Assembly: GCA_043800755.1 (NCBI GenBank)
Contig: JAZDMQ010000085.1
Span: 1 to 11,733, forward strand
Direction: 5' to 3'
Source of the DNA: a bacterium
GTDB taxonomy: Bacteria; Methylomirabilota; Methylomirabilia; CAVQYV01
DNA: 11,733 nt
The notes under the pieces were generated by a model. It was not told the origin of the DNA and ran no database searches. It saw only the letters and a program-made list of their open reading frames with translations. Each line of letters opens with the position of its first letter. The first letter of the stretch is position 1. Made by a program: the position numbers and the translations under genes. Of this stretch, positions 1-8,593 are shown in pieces.

Positions 1-40
1 CCAAGAGGATGACAGGAGCATTTCCTCTTTCCTCGCTCAT
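1..40 (-). CDS. 5' end of a gene running off the window (MSEERGNAPVILL...), likely a YtxH-like protein
   Basis: ATG at 40-38 overlaps the TGA of the upstream gene (ATGA). It is preceded by AGGAGG-like purine-rich sequence. A short acidic N-terminus leads into a hydrophobic stretch, and YtxH genes commonly follow DUF948 genes. Only 13 codons are visible. Confidence 0.5.
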   Translation of the reverse strand, partial: MSEERGNAPVILL

Positions 41-438
41 TCCCTTTTCCTCCTTCGAATCAATTGGTTCATCAACACCGACAACCCGGCCTTCACGCCC
101 GCGACGAAACTGGCAGCCCCAATCACGCTGGAAGGAAGCAACGACCGGAGCATCGAATTGACGAACCGGATCGTCCCCGCCCCCTCTCCAATCGCTACGA
201 AGAGATCAGAGAGCTTAGCGACCCCTTCCCCGGCCTCAGCGGAAACATCCCTCAAGCGCACGCTCGTCTCCGTCAAATTGGCCACGATGGGCGATAGATC
301 AGCCTGCGCCTGCTTAAGGAAATTCATGAGGGCCACGGCGAGGCGACGCATCTCCAGGAGAAACCGGATCAACAAAAGGATCAGGGCGAGCAGACTCAGG
401 GCGATCACAATCAAGGCGATGTCAACGGCGAGGGACAT
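37..438 (-). CDS. DUF948/YoxC-like membrane-anchored coiled-coil protein (133 aa)
   Basis: The true start is probably ATG at 438 (MSLAVDIALIVIAL...) with GGAGG just upstream, since the longer ORF call runs through the tRNA. The protein has an N-terminal TM helix, a helical heptad-like middle, an 'AGVKAGL' motif and a basic C-terminus. Confidence 0.75.
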   Translation of the reverse strand: MSLAVDIALIVIALSLLALILLLIRFLLEMRRLAVALMNFLKQAQADLSPIVANLTETSVRLRDVSAEAGEGVAKLSDLFVAIGEGAGTIRFVNSMLRSLLPSSVIGAASFVAGVKAGLSVLMNQLIRRRKRE

Positions 439-581
439 GTAACCTCCGCGGCAGCAAAAATTGTCTATCCACAAAGGCCTCGGGGACCACGACCACGGGG
501 AAAAGGCTTCCTCTCCCCTTGGCGGCCCCTTATGCCTCCAACGGCTGATCCTGGACAGGGGGCGCCCGATTCGCTGTAAAA

Positions 582-667
582 TGGTGCCGAAGGCGGGACT
601 CGAACCCGCACGGGTATTCCCCACTGCCCCCTCAAGACAGCGTGTCTGCCAGTTCCACCACTTCGGC
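582..667 (-). tRNA. tRNA-Leu (anticodon GAG)
   Basis: The minus strand reads GCCGAAG-TGGTGGAACTGGCAGACACG-CTGTC TTGAGGG GGCAG-long variable arm-GCGGG TTCGAGT CCCGC-CTTCGGC-ACCA. It is 86 nt with an encoded CCA. Confidence 0.97.
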
Positions 668-719
668 CCGGGACCGGCCACCCTTCTTCCAGCCGGTGCG
701 ATATACTGCCCCTATCGTT

Positions 720-749
720 TTTATAACCAATTCCAAATGGAGTTGTCAA
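720..749 (-). promoter_or_regulatory. sigma70-type promoter for tRNA-Leu
   Basis: TTGACA (749-744), 18-nt spacer, TATAAA (725-720), upstream of the tRNA 5' end. Confidence 0.6.
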
Positions 750-762
750 TCAAAAAATTGGA

Positions 763-791
763 TTGCTTCCTTTCCGTCTTCATGTTATAGG
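763..791 (+). promoter_or_regulatory. putative divergent sigma70 promoter for the TPR/CARDB gene
   Basis: TTGCTT, 17-nt spacer, TATAGG, with an extended -10 TG. Confidence 0.35.
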
Positions 792-887
792 AGGCAGAGG
801 GGGGAATCGGCGCCTTTGAGGATCGCCTGTGGCTTAATTCCAGGGGACTTCATTTCACCCCCGATCCTGATTATTAAGGAACTACAG

Positions 888-2576
888 ATGAGGGCAACTT
901 CGATCCAGGCGACAGACATCTCTCTTTGGCCAGGATGGCTCCGCAACTGGCCTCTCGCCCATGAGGGGAGGAGCTGGCCCTTCGGGCCCCACCCCCTTTT
1001 AAGAAGGAAGGGGCTCATTTGCCTTCCGGTGCTGCTCCTTCTGGCCCTCCTGTGGACCTCTTGGGCCGTCTGCGAAGAAGAAGGCGCACCGAAGAACAGG
1101 GAGACCAGTCCGGCATTTTCCTTCCTCACCTGGGGACGGGCTTTGCTCTCCACCGACCAATTCTCCCAGGCAGCCGCCTACCTGGAAAAGGAAGTGGAGA
1201 ATCGGCCCGATTCAGCGGAAGGGCACATGCTTTTAGGAAAGGCCTACTGGGGGATGGGAAGGATCAAAGATGCCCGTTCTGCCTGGGAAAAGGCCGCCTC
1301 CTTAGAGCCAAACTACCTTCCCCTGGTGAAGGCCAGGCTGGCGCGATTGGACCGACTGCAGGATGTGGTCATTATCTCCAATGAGATCAATGCAGAGGAG
1401 CGGGTCCCTCCATTCTTGGTCCGGGACATCCTCTCCAACCATTTTTCTCAGTTGGGATTCAATATCTCCCCGAAACTCTCGGGGGAATTCCTGGCCCGTT
1501 TAACCTCCAGCCTGGAGGCCCTGGCTCCCCCCGCACTGGACGAGATCAGCAAGATGTGCAATGCGGACATCCTGATCCTCTCCGAAGCGGTGAGCTATTT
1601 AGAGCTCCAGGAATTCCAGGAAAAGGCAATCAAGGCCACCGCCCGTCTCAGCGCCAAGGTGATCGACCTGCATCGCTATTCCAAGTTGGGCTCCTATCAG
1701 ATCCTCCGCACTGCGCAAGCGACGACCCTGCTGGAGGCCAGCGAGAAGGCCCTGAGAGAAGGGGGGGGGCGGATCGCCCGGGAGCTTCTGCAGCAGATTA
1801 TCGGCAAGGAGAGCCTCAAACCCTTCCTGGTGGTAGATCAGGCAGATATCGTGATCCCCAGGGTCACCTTCCCTCAGGGAAGCAGAATCCCCATTGAGGT
1901 CACCATCCACAATGACGGCGACGAGGAAGCGAAAAACCTGGAAGTTCAGGTCCATGAGACTGCTCCGGACCGAGAGACCAGGCCGATGGATTCCTTTCTC
2001 GTCCCCTCCCTTCCTCCCTTGTCCTCGGCCACCTTCAATCTCCACTGGGAAGCTCGATGGCCTGGACTGCAAAAGATCTCTGTTTCCATTCGCCCGGAGA
2101 ATAAGTCAAAGAGGGAGGATTCGGGTCGCCTCCAGGCCCATCAAGAGGTCTTGGTCCTCACCCCCGACGAGATGCTGGTCAGCCTCTACCGTTTAGCCTT
2201 CAATTATACGCCCCCGGGTTCTTTGGATCGATCCCTGCTGCAAGCTCAATTAAGGGTGGCCCTGAATCCCCAGGATGAGGACTATCAGGGCGAGCTGCTC
2301 AAGGTGGCCTTCGATCCGGAGAGCTCCTATGTCACCGTAATTGGCCTGGCCCTTCGTCCATGGAATATCTTCTCCGAAGAGGTGGCCCACCCCGTGGCCC
2401 AGAGGGCGGCGAGGGTAGATGCGCAGAACTGGTTGGGCCTTATCAGGAAGGCCATGGGGGAAACCCCTTCAGAGCCCACCATCCCTTCCCGGGCCCATGT
2501 ATATGACGCTCGCATCCTCTTAGAACAGATCATGCCGGATGGCAGCGTGATGGTGAAGTTGCACGCCCCCCTCTAA
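888..2576 (+). CDS. Exported multidomain protein: TPR, alpha/beta middle domain, CARDB-like Ig domain, possible LPP20-like C-terminus (562 aa; start uncertain)
   Basis: ATG at 888 follows AAGGA. A hydrophobic signal/TM segment (LICLPVLLLLALLWTSWA) is followed by TPR-like helices (AAAYLEKEVENRPDSAEGHMLLGKAYWGMGRIKDARSAWEKAASLEP). CARDB-like motifs are present (IEVTIHNDGDEEA...SLPPLSSATFNLHW...PGLQKISVSIRPEN), and the C-terminus contains AQRAARVDA. Confidence 0.75.
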   Translation: MRATSIQATDISLWPGWLRNWPLAHEGRSWPFGPHPLLRRKGLICLPVLLLLALLWTSWAVCEEEGAPKNRETSPAFSFLTWGRALLSTDQFSQAAAYLEKEVENRPDSAEGHMLLGKAYWGMGRIKDARSAWEKAASLEPNYLPLVKARLARLDRLQDVVIISNEINAEERVPPFLVRDILSNHFSQLGFNISPKLSGEFLARLTSSLEALAPPALDEISKMCNADILILSEAVSYLELQEFQEKAIKATARLSAKVIDLHRYSKLGSYQILRTAQATTLLEASEKALREGGGRIARELLQQIIGKESLKPFLVVDQADIVIPRVTFPQGSRIPIEVTIHNDGDEEAKNLEVQVHETAPDRETRPMDSFLVPSLPPLSSATFNLHWEARWPGLQKISVSIRPENKSKREDSGRLQAHQEVLVLTPDEMLVSLYRLAFNYTPPGSLDRSLLQAQLRVALNPQDEDYQGELLKVAFDPESSYVTVIGLALRPWNIFSEEVAHPVAQRAARVDAQNWLGLIRKAMGETPSEPTIPSRAHVYDARILLEQIMPDGSVMVKLHAPL

Positions 2577-2598
2577 TCACGGAGGATCGCCAAAGGCC

Positions 2599-3471
2599 TT
2601 ATGACAGGCTCAGCAAGGCGGCTGGGTTCTCCTGAACCATCTTGGCGACCTCCCCTTCCCCGATCCCCTGAGCCAGCATTTCGGCGATGAAGAAGCGCAT
2701 CATCTCTACTGGAGCTGGGTTGGAGGCCTGGCCGGAGTCGGTGGCCATCACGCAATGTGCGGCCCCCACTTCGCGGATGAACCTGGCGATCTCCGCGGCG
2801 GGGATGATTTCCTTCCCGGGAAGAGAAAACACGATATCCTGCTCCAAGAAGGCGCCCATCTCGACCATCTCCTGTACATCCTTCAGTGTCCAGTCCAAAA
2901 AGGGGGCCTGCGGATGGGTGACCAGGATCTTTTTGACCCCCAATTTGACTGCCTCCCTCACTAAGGCCTTGCCCTCCTTGGCGGAGACATGTCCTGTTCC
3001 CAGGAGGAGGTCGTTATCCGCGATGCAACGGAGGATGGGTATCACCTCTTCCGTCAGGAGCCCGCCCGACTGAAAGAGGGAAATCCCCCCTCTTGCCTCC
3101 TCCGGGTAGGGGTTCAACCCCGGAACGATTCCCGGGCTGTGGAGGAACTGGGAGGCATCGAGGGTAGGCATCCATACCTGCTTTATCCCATACGGAAGGG
3201 CGGCCTTGAGCGCCAACAGATTGAGGCCCCCCACCGAGAGGTTGAGGGCTATTCCCCCCCAGACCTGGAACGCTGCGACCTGAGAGGCGATCTGTGCGCG
3301 ATCCCCAGTCTGGGTGAGGTGATCCTTGATGAGGATCGCCCTCATGCCCGCTGCTCTTGCCTCCTTCGCTACCTCCAGGTCATTCAGTTTTCGTTTCATA
3401 TGGGAGGGGGCAGCGTGGATATGAAGATCGATGGCGCCCTGAAGCAGCCTCCAGACTCTTTCCTCTGTCAT
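2599..3471 (-). CDS. Amidohydrolase-fold metal-dependent protein (DUF6282-like), 290 aa
   Basis: Start ATG at 3471 (MTEERVW) follows GAGGAGG. Motifs GAIDLHIHAAP (HxH), AGMRAILIKDH, VWMPT, GTGH, VTHP and ATDSGQ are typical of this TIM-barrel family. Confidence 0.85.
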   Translation of the reverse strand: MTEERVWRLLQGAIDLHIHAAPSHMKRKLNDLEVAKEARAAGMRAILIKDHLTQTGDRAQIASQVAAFQVWGGIALNLSVGGLNLLALKAALPYGIKQVWMPTLDASQFLHSPGIVPGLNPYPEEARGGISLFQSGGLLTEEVIPILRCIADNDLLLGTGHVSAKEGKALVREAVKLGVKKILVTHPQAPFLDWTLKDVQEMVEMGAFLEQDIVFSLPGKEIIPAAEIARFIREVGAAHCVMATDSGQASNPAPVEMMRFFIAEMLAQGIGEGEVAKMVQENPAALLSLS

Positions 3472-3549
3472 CTCTTCCTCCTCTTCAGTGAATGATTGCA
3501 GAAGGACAAGCAGGATTGGATCGTCCACCGCCCAAAGGAGGGCCAAATC

Positions 3550-3579
3550 AATATAGAGAGCCTGTCCAATGGATGTCAA
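3550..3579 (-). promoter_or_regulatory. sigma70-type promoter for the amidohydrolase-fold gene
   Basis: TTGACA (3579-3574), 18-nt spacer, TATATT (3555-3550). Confidence 0.5.
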
Positions 3580-3589
3580 GGGAAATGGG

Positions 3590-3618
3590 TTGATTTTCCG
3601 GGGCTAAGTTGATAACAT
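3590..3618 (+). promoter_or_regulatory. sigma70-type promoter for the FG-GAP/thiolase/SBP unit
   Basis: TTGATT, 17-nt spacer, TAACAT, with an extended -10 TG. It lies back-to-back with the minus-strand promoter. Confidence 0.5.
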
Positions 3619-3682
3619 ACGGCTATAGGGGAGGTTGATTCCCTGAGGCTGTTAACCTCGGCGAAGGAGCTACACGGTTCCT

Positions 3683-5587
3683 ATGTTCACTCTAAGCAAG
3701 GCCTTCAAGACGATTTTCCTGTTGTCTCTTTGGTGTGTCTGCTACTTGGCGTTCTTGCCTCCGGCGGCAGCGGAATCCCCCTCCTCCGACCTGAGTTACA
3801 GCGCGGCGGCAAATGAGGTAGCCCAGAAACTGGTCGCTTCCTTCCCCAAACTGACGGGCTATGTCCTCTTGGTGTCCACGCAGGGCGGTATCATTTACAT
3901 CGATCTGGGGGAGAAGAAAAGGGCCTATCCCGGGATGGAGCTCGATCTCTACCGCGAGGGCGAGCCCTTCACCCATCCCATAACCGGCGAGATCCTGGGC
4001 CGGTTTGAAAAGCCCCTGGGAAGGATCAGGGTGCTGGAGGTTCGCGAGAAGTTCTCCATCGCCACCCAGGTATCCAAGGTGGAAGATCTGCCGGTGACCA
4101 AGGGAGATCGGGTCCGAATGACCGGCGCCCGCATCCCTCTGGCCCTGCCCACGATCGAGATGCCAGGGGCGAAGACAGAGGAAGCAAAATCGGTGACCCG
4201 GGAGCTGGCCCTGGCCCTGACCCGAACGGAGAGGTTTGAGGTCTGGGACGACAGGCGTCTGCTCTCCGCCCTACAGGCCGAGGGGATCTCGGACCCCGTC
4301 TCCTTCACCGATCCTCGGTTGCTGGAGGTCATGGCTAAGAAACTGAACATCGCCATCCTGGCTCAGGGCAAACTCAGCGGCCTCTTCATGGATCTTCAAA
4401 TCTTCTCCACCTCTACCAAGTCACTGCTCACGATTGCCAGCGTCGAGGTGCGCCCGGTCAGCGTTCGACCCCCCACCGAAATCGCCAGGCCAGTGTCCCC
4501 GGAAAGGGAAATCGGCAGAGCGATCGCTCCATCCGAGACCATCACCGCTCCAGGTCAGGCTGCTGCAGGAGCCGGGGTCTGGAAGGGGCCAAAGGTGGAC
4601 AAGGCGCTGAATGCCTTGGTGGTGGCCGATGTCAATGGGGATCGGCAGCCGGAGCTGGTGGTCGCGGACAAGAATCAGATCACCATTTACTCCATCGATC
4701 CTTCCGGCTATCGCATCCTCTACACCATGCCCAAGGAATCAGATCTCAACATCATCTCCTTGGATGCAGTGGACATCAACGGAAATGGGACCGTTGAGAT
4801 CTTCGCCACCAGCTATGTCGCAGGTCGGCTCAATTCCTTTGTCCTGGAACACAAAGAAGGGAAGTACACGAAGATCTGGGAGAAGGTGAACCTCTTCCTG
4901 CGCTGTCTGCCCACCGGCCCGGGGGGGAGCTATCAACTCTTTGCCCAGTCCCTGGCGGCTCCCAACCTTATTTGGGGCAAAGTCCACCAATACCTGTGGT
5001 CGGATAACGGCTACCGGAAGGGACCAAGTCTGAACCTGCCACCCAGGGTGAATCTCTACGGATTGGCACTGATGGATATGGAGGGGGATGGCAAGAAGGA
5101 GATCGTCTTTTTATCGGAGTCCAACCATATTGAGATATATGGGGAAGATGGAAAGCGCAAGTATAGGAGCACCGAGGAATATGGAGGGACTGAACTCTCC
5201 CTGGAGATACCCCCCCTGGCAGTTCCCCCTTCCAACCCCACCTCTCCCTTTAATCGCCCGGAATCTCAAGATTCTCGATACATCTCTTTGCAGGCCCGCC
5301 TCTTCCCCGTACCCGGAAAGGCGCAATTCTATGTCCTCAAGAATATGGAGAGTTCTATTTCGGTCTTGAAGGGCATCCGCTTTTTTGAAAGGTCCAAGGT
5401 CTATCGCCTCGCATGGGATGGGGAATCCCTGGAGACAGCCTGGGAGAGCAAGGAATTCCCGGTGTATATGGCCGACTACTATCAAGGCGACCTCGACGGC
5501 GACGGGGTCGAGGAGCTGGCGGTGCTCTTGGTGGAGAGGAAGCCGCTGGGCAAAGATCAGAGCTCCATTTCGATCTACAAGCTCTAA
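3683..5587 (+). CDS. Exported FG-GAP/VCBS-repeat protein with an N-terminal FlgT-C-like domain (634 aa)
   Basis: AAGGAG upstream and a signal peptide ending PPAAA. The N-terminal segment IYIDLG..PGMELDLYREGEPFTHPITGEILG..GRIRV resembles FlgT-C. There are four Ca-binding-type repeats: DVNGDRQPEL, DINGNGTVEI, DMEGDGKKEI and DLDGDGVEEL. Confidence 0.85.
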   Translation: MFTLSKAFKTIFLLSLWCVCYLAFLPPAAAESPSSDLSYSAAANEVAQKLVASFPKLTGYVLLVSTQGGIIYIDLGEKKRAYPGMELDLYREGEPFTHPITGEILGRFEKPLGRIRVLEVREKFSIATQVSKVEDLPVTKGDRVRMTGARIPLALPTIEMPGAKTEEAKSVTRELALALTRTERFEVWDDRRLLSALQAEGISDPVSFTDPRLLEVMAKKLNIAILAQGKLSGLFMDLQIFSTSTKSLLTIASVEVRPVSVRPPTEIARPVSPEREIGRAIAPSETITAPGQAAAGAGVWKGPKVDKALNALVVADVNGDRQPELVVADKNQITIYSIDPSGYRILYTMPKESDLNIISLDAVDINGNGTVEIFATSYVAGRLNSFVLEHKEGKYTKIWEKVNLFLRCLPTGPGGSYQLFAQSLAAPNLIWGKVHQYLWSDNGYRKGPSLNLPPRVNLYGLALMDMEGDGKKEIVFLSESNHIEIYGEDGKRKYRSTEEYGGTELSLEIPPLAVPPSNPTSPFNRPESQDSRYISLQARLFPVPGKAQFYVLKNMESSISVLKGIRFFERSKVYRLAWDGESLETAWESKEFPVYMADYYQGDLDGDGVEELAVLLVERKPLGKDQSSISIYKL

Positions 5588-5597
5588 AGGAAGGATT

Positions 5598-6788
5598 ATG
5601 AGGCAAGCAGTCATCGTGGGGAGCGCGCGGAGCCCTATCGGGAGCTTCGGGGGAGGCCTCCGTGAGGTTTCGGCTGCCGAACTGGGAGGCCTGGTTCTGC
5701 GCGAGGTTCAAGGCAGGGCCAAGATAGAGGCCTCCCAGGTCGATGAGGTCATTATGGGCTGCATCGGCCAGGTCGCCGAGGATGCCTATATTGCCAGGCG
5801 ATGCGCAGTCAACGCCGGCCTTCCCTTCACGGTGCCAGCCCTGTCCGTCAATCGCCTCTGCTCCTCTGGACTGCAGGCCATCGTCTCAGCCTCCCAGGAG
5901 ATCCAATCCGGCCAGGCCGAGGTCATTCTGGCCGGGGGAACAGAGAATATGAGCCAACTCCCCCACTACGTCCGGAAGGCGCGATGGGGACACCGGCTGG
6001 GGCACGGCACTCTCGAAGACGGGATCCTCCTCGCCCTCACCGATCCCTTCACGAACCTCCATATGGGCATCACCGCCGAGAATGTGGCAGAGAAATGTGG
6101 AATCGGCCGGCAAGAACAGGACCGTTTCGCCTGGGAAAGTCAGCAAAAGGCCGCTGCCGCTATCGCTGAGGGCCGATTCCAGGGCCAGATCCTGCCCATC
6201 TTGATCCCCCAGCCGAAGGGAGAGCCCAAGGCACTGGACCGAGACGAGCACCCGCGCCCCGACACCAGCATGGAAAGATTAGCTGCCCTGAAGCCCGCCT
6301 TCAAACCAGGGGGCACGGTGACTCCGGGCAACTCTTCCGGAATCAATGATGGCGCAGCCGCGGTGGCCTTGATGTCGGAAGAGATAGCCAGGAAGCATTC
6401 CTATCCGGAGTATTTTCTCCTACGGTCCACCGCGGCGACCGCTCTGGACCCCGCTTTGATGGGATTGGGCCCGGTTGCATCGATCCAGAAGGCCCTGAAG
6501 CTCGCCGGCTTAGCCCTCTCAGAGATCGAGCTCGTCGAGCTGAATGAGGCCTTCGCCGCTACGACCCTGGCGGTCATCAAAGAGCTAAACCTCCCGGAGG
6601 AGCGGGTGAATGTCAACGGCGGGGCGATTGCTTTAGGCCATCCGGTAGGGGCCACCGGCTGCATCCTGGCGGTCAAGCTCATGGCCGAGATGAGCCGAAG
6701 AGGGTCTCGCCTGGGACTGATCTCCCTGTGCGTGGGAGGGGGACAGGGCCTCACTGCGATCTTGGAGCGAATTTCCTCTCAGCAATGA
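5598..6788 (+). CDS. Acetyl-CoA C-acyltransferase (thiolase), 396 aa
   Basis: ATG at 5598 follows AGGAAGGA. Motifs RSPIGSFGG, NRLCSSG (catalytic Cys), GNSSGINDGAAA, ELNEAFA, VNVNGGAIALGHPVGATG and CVGGGQG are all present. Confidence 0.96.
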   Translation: MRQAVIVGSARSPIGSFGGGLREVSAAELGGLVLREVQGRAKIEASQVDEVIMGCIGQVAEDAYIARRCAVNAGLPFTVPALSVNRLCSSGLQAIVSASQEIQSGQAEVILAGGTENMSQLPHYVRKARWGHRLGHGTLEDGILLALTDPFTNLHMGITAENVAEKCGIGRQEQDRFAWESQQKAAAAIAEGRFQGQILPILIPQPKGEPKALDRDEHPRPDTSMERLAALKPAFKPGGTVTPGNSSGINDGAAAVALMSEEIARKHSYPEYFLLRSTAATALDPALMGLGPVASIQKALKLAGLALSEIELVELNEAFAATTLAVIKELNLPEERVNVNGGAIALGHPVGATGCILAVKLMAEMSRRGSRLGLISLCVGGGQGLTAILERISSQQ

Positions 6789-8050
6789 ACAGCGGCCCTG
6801 AGTTTCGCAGCCACCCTCTGCCCCGGCGAGCGAACACGATGATCAAACAGTTTCCTGAATCCGTCGAATCCCCCCGGCTCCGGGAAGGTTTTCAGCCCCG
6901 GTGCTGGGTCTGGCTCCTTACCCTCCTTTTGATCCTTCCCCCCCCCGGCCCGGCTCACGCCGAGGAAAAGCACATCAAGATCGGGCTGTTCGCCCCCTTG
7001 ACCGGCCCGGACCAGCCCTCGGGCAGCGCCCTTCTTGAGGGAGCGACCCTCGCCATTGAGCAGGTCAACCGGCAGGGAGGAGTCCGTGGGATCAAGTTGA
7101 AACTGGTGGCCAAGGATGAGGCCTCCGGCCCCACCCCTGCAGGGCAGGTCCTCCGCGATCTGGCCGAAAAGGAGAGATGCCTGGCGGCCATCGGGAGCAC
7201 ACGCGTTGCAGCCGTCCTGGCCAGCATGCCCATCGCCAACGAGAAGCAGATCCCCCTCCTGGTCCCCAATGGGTCGAACGAGGTCAGCCGCCGGGGAAAT
7301 AAGTGGGTCTTCGGGGTGAGCGCCTATGATCAGCTCATCTCCGCCTGTATGGCCAGCTTCGCCGTCCAGGAGCTGAAATGGCGCAGGATCGCCATCCTTC
7401 ATCAGGCAGATGAGTTCGGCATCGAGGGAATGATGGGTTTCACCAAGGCCGCCCGGAGGCTGGGTATGACCCCCATGTCGGTGGCCAGCTTTGATCGCGG
7501 GGAGAGGGACTTCACCATTCCAATCAGCAAGATCCTGAAGAAAGAACCGGACGGGGTGGTGGTCTGGGGGCTTGCCACCGAAACCGCCCATGTTGCCCAG
7601 CAATTGCGACAGATGGGCTACCGTGGGGTGATCGTCGGCTCCCCGGACCTGGGAAACCCTCAATACATCGGGACCTGCGGAGCGGCAGGCAACGATACGG
7701 TGTTTGCCACTCCCCTTACCCCTGTGGACCGCAGGCCTCAGCTCGCCAAGTTCCTTACCGACTTCCAGGCCCGCTTTCGATATGCCGCCCCCTCTGGCTT
7801 CGCTGCCTCGGGCTACGACGCGGTGATGCTGGTGGTGAAGGCCATACAGGATGCCAAGTCCCTGAACCGCAAGTTGATCGTCGAGGCGCTTTCCAACATC
7901 AAAGATTATGAATTGACCCAGGGCCTCTACACCTTCAAGGCCTCCCATGGCAACGGCCTGAGCTCCCTCCCGCTGCTGATCTACCTCCACCAGCGACCGA
8001 CCCTTCTCCACGACCAGTACCGCCCTGATCCGCGCACCCTGAAGCCTTGA
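6785..8050 (+). CDS. ABC transporter substrate-binding protein, branched-chain amino acid (LivJ/LivK) family; start 6785 or 6839
   Basis: ATGA overlap with the thiolase stop and a signal peptide ending PAHA. Family motifs include IKIGLFAPLTG, LAIEQVNRQGGVRGIKLKL..KD, RIAILH..DEFG and GYDAV. Confidence 0.9.
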   Translation: MNSGPEFRSHPLPRRANTMIKQFPESVESPRLREGFQPRCWVWLLTLLLILPPPGPAHAEEKHIKIGLFAPLTGPDQPSGSALLEGATLAIEQVNRQGGVRGIKLKLVAKDEASGPTPAGQVLRDLAEKERCLAAIGSTRVAAVLASMPIANEKQIPLLVPNGSNEVSRRGNKWVFGVSAYDQLISACMASFAVQELKWRRIAILHQADEFGIEGMMGFTKAARRLGMTPMSVASFDRGERDFTIPISKILKKEPDGVVVWGLATETAHVAQQLRQMGYRGVIVGSPDLGNPQYIGTCGAAGNDTVFATPLTPVDRRPQLAKFLTDFQARFRYAAPSGFAASGYDAVMLVVKAIQDAKSLNRKLIVEALSNIKDYELTQGLYTFKASHGNGLSSLPLLIYLHQRPTLLHDQYRPDPRTLKP

Positions 8051-8071
8051 GGGGATAGTCCCTGATGGGGC

Positions 8072-8099
8072 TTGACTTTTCAGAAAAAGATACTATATT
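8072..8099 (+). promoter_or_regulatory. sigma70-type promoter of ssrA
   Basis: TTGACT, 16-nt spacer, TATATT, about 45 nt upstream of the mature tmRNA 5' end. Confidence 0.55.
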
Positions 8100-8144
8100 G
8101 GTTATAGATCGTGATTGAATCGGCAGTCAAACAAACCTAAAGAA

Positions 8145-8498
8145 GGGGGCGTTCCGGTTTCGACGGGGATAGGGGAGATAGAGATGGCATGCCGAGGTTC
8201 CAGGACCTCGTAAAACACTTGGAAAAAACTCAATCGCGAATTTAAGCGAACTGCCCTTAGCTGCTTAAGCAGCTAACGCCTCCTGCCTCTCACCTGTCGG
8301 GGGTGGGTCAGGCGTCGGCAAGATAGGTTAGCCCTTGCAGACGAGCTCAGGGAAGCGAGGGCAAACTCGGATGAGCTGGTCCCACTCTTAGCCTGCCTGT
8401 GGGCGATGGGCGGGACGAGAACAAAATACAGGAAAAGCATGTAGGCATCTTTATCGAGACATCTTCGGACGCGGGTTCGACTCCCGCCGCCTCCACCA
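8145..8498 (+). ncRNA. ssrA: tmRNA (transfer-messenger RNA)
   Basis: The 5' end GGGGGCG..GGTTTCGACGGG pairs with the 3' end GCGGGTTCGACTCCCGC-CGCCTCC-ACCA, including the G3:U alanine identity pair. An internal tag ORF at 8236-8268 encodes ANLSELPLAA*. Length is 354 nt. Confidence 0.97.
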
Positions 8499-8507
8499 AC
8501 TTCTTAT

Positions 8508-8543
8508 GAAAAGGCCCCAATATTTTCGGGGCTTTTCGTTTTT
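8508..8543 (+). terminator. Rho-independent terminator after ssrA
   Basis: GAAAAGGCCCC-loop-GGGGCTTTTC followed by GTTTTT. Confidence 0.75.
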
Positions 8544-8593
8544 GCGGGACTCGATTTTTCTCTTTCCAGACTCTTTCCAGCCTTTCCTCTACC

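Noticed and set aside
497-518. Hairpin downstream of tRNA-Leu as a terminator or attachment-site scar
   Set aside because: There is no U-tract after the stem on the tRNA strand, no duplicated tRNA 3' end, and the flanking genes look like core genes.
439-681. N-terminal 81-aa extension of the 37..681 ORF
   Set aside because: It runs through the tRNA-Leu gene. A good RBS and ATG at 438 give a family-typical protein.
642-887. Upstream extension of the 642..2576 ORF
   Set aside because: It overlaps the tRNA and the divergent promoter region. ATG 888 has an RBS and lies nearer the signal segment.
5385-5597. Upstream extension of the thiolase ORF
   Set aside because: It overlaps the FG-GAP gene. 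The thiolase fold begins at MRQAVIV (5598) after an RBS.
6779-8011. 410-aa minus-strand ORF
   Set aside because: It is an antisense shadow of the well-supported solute-binding protein gene in GC-rich DNA and has no recognisable motifs.
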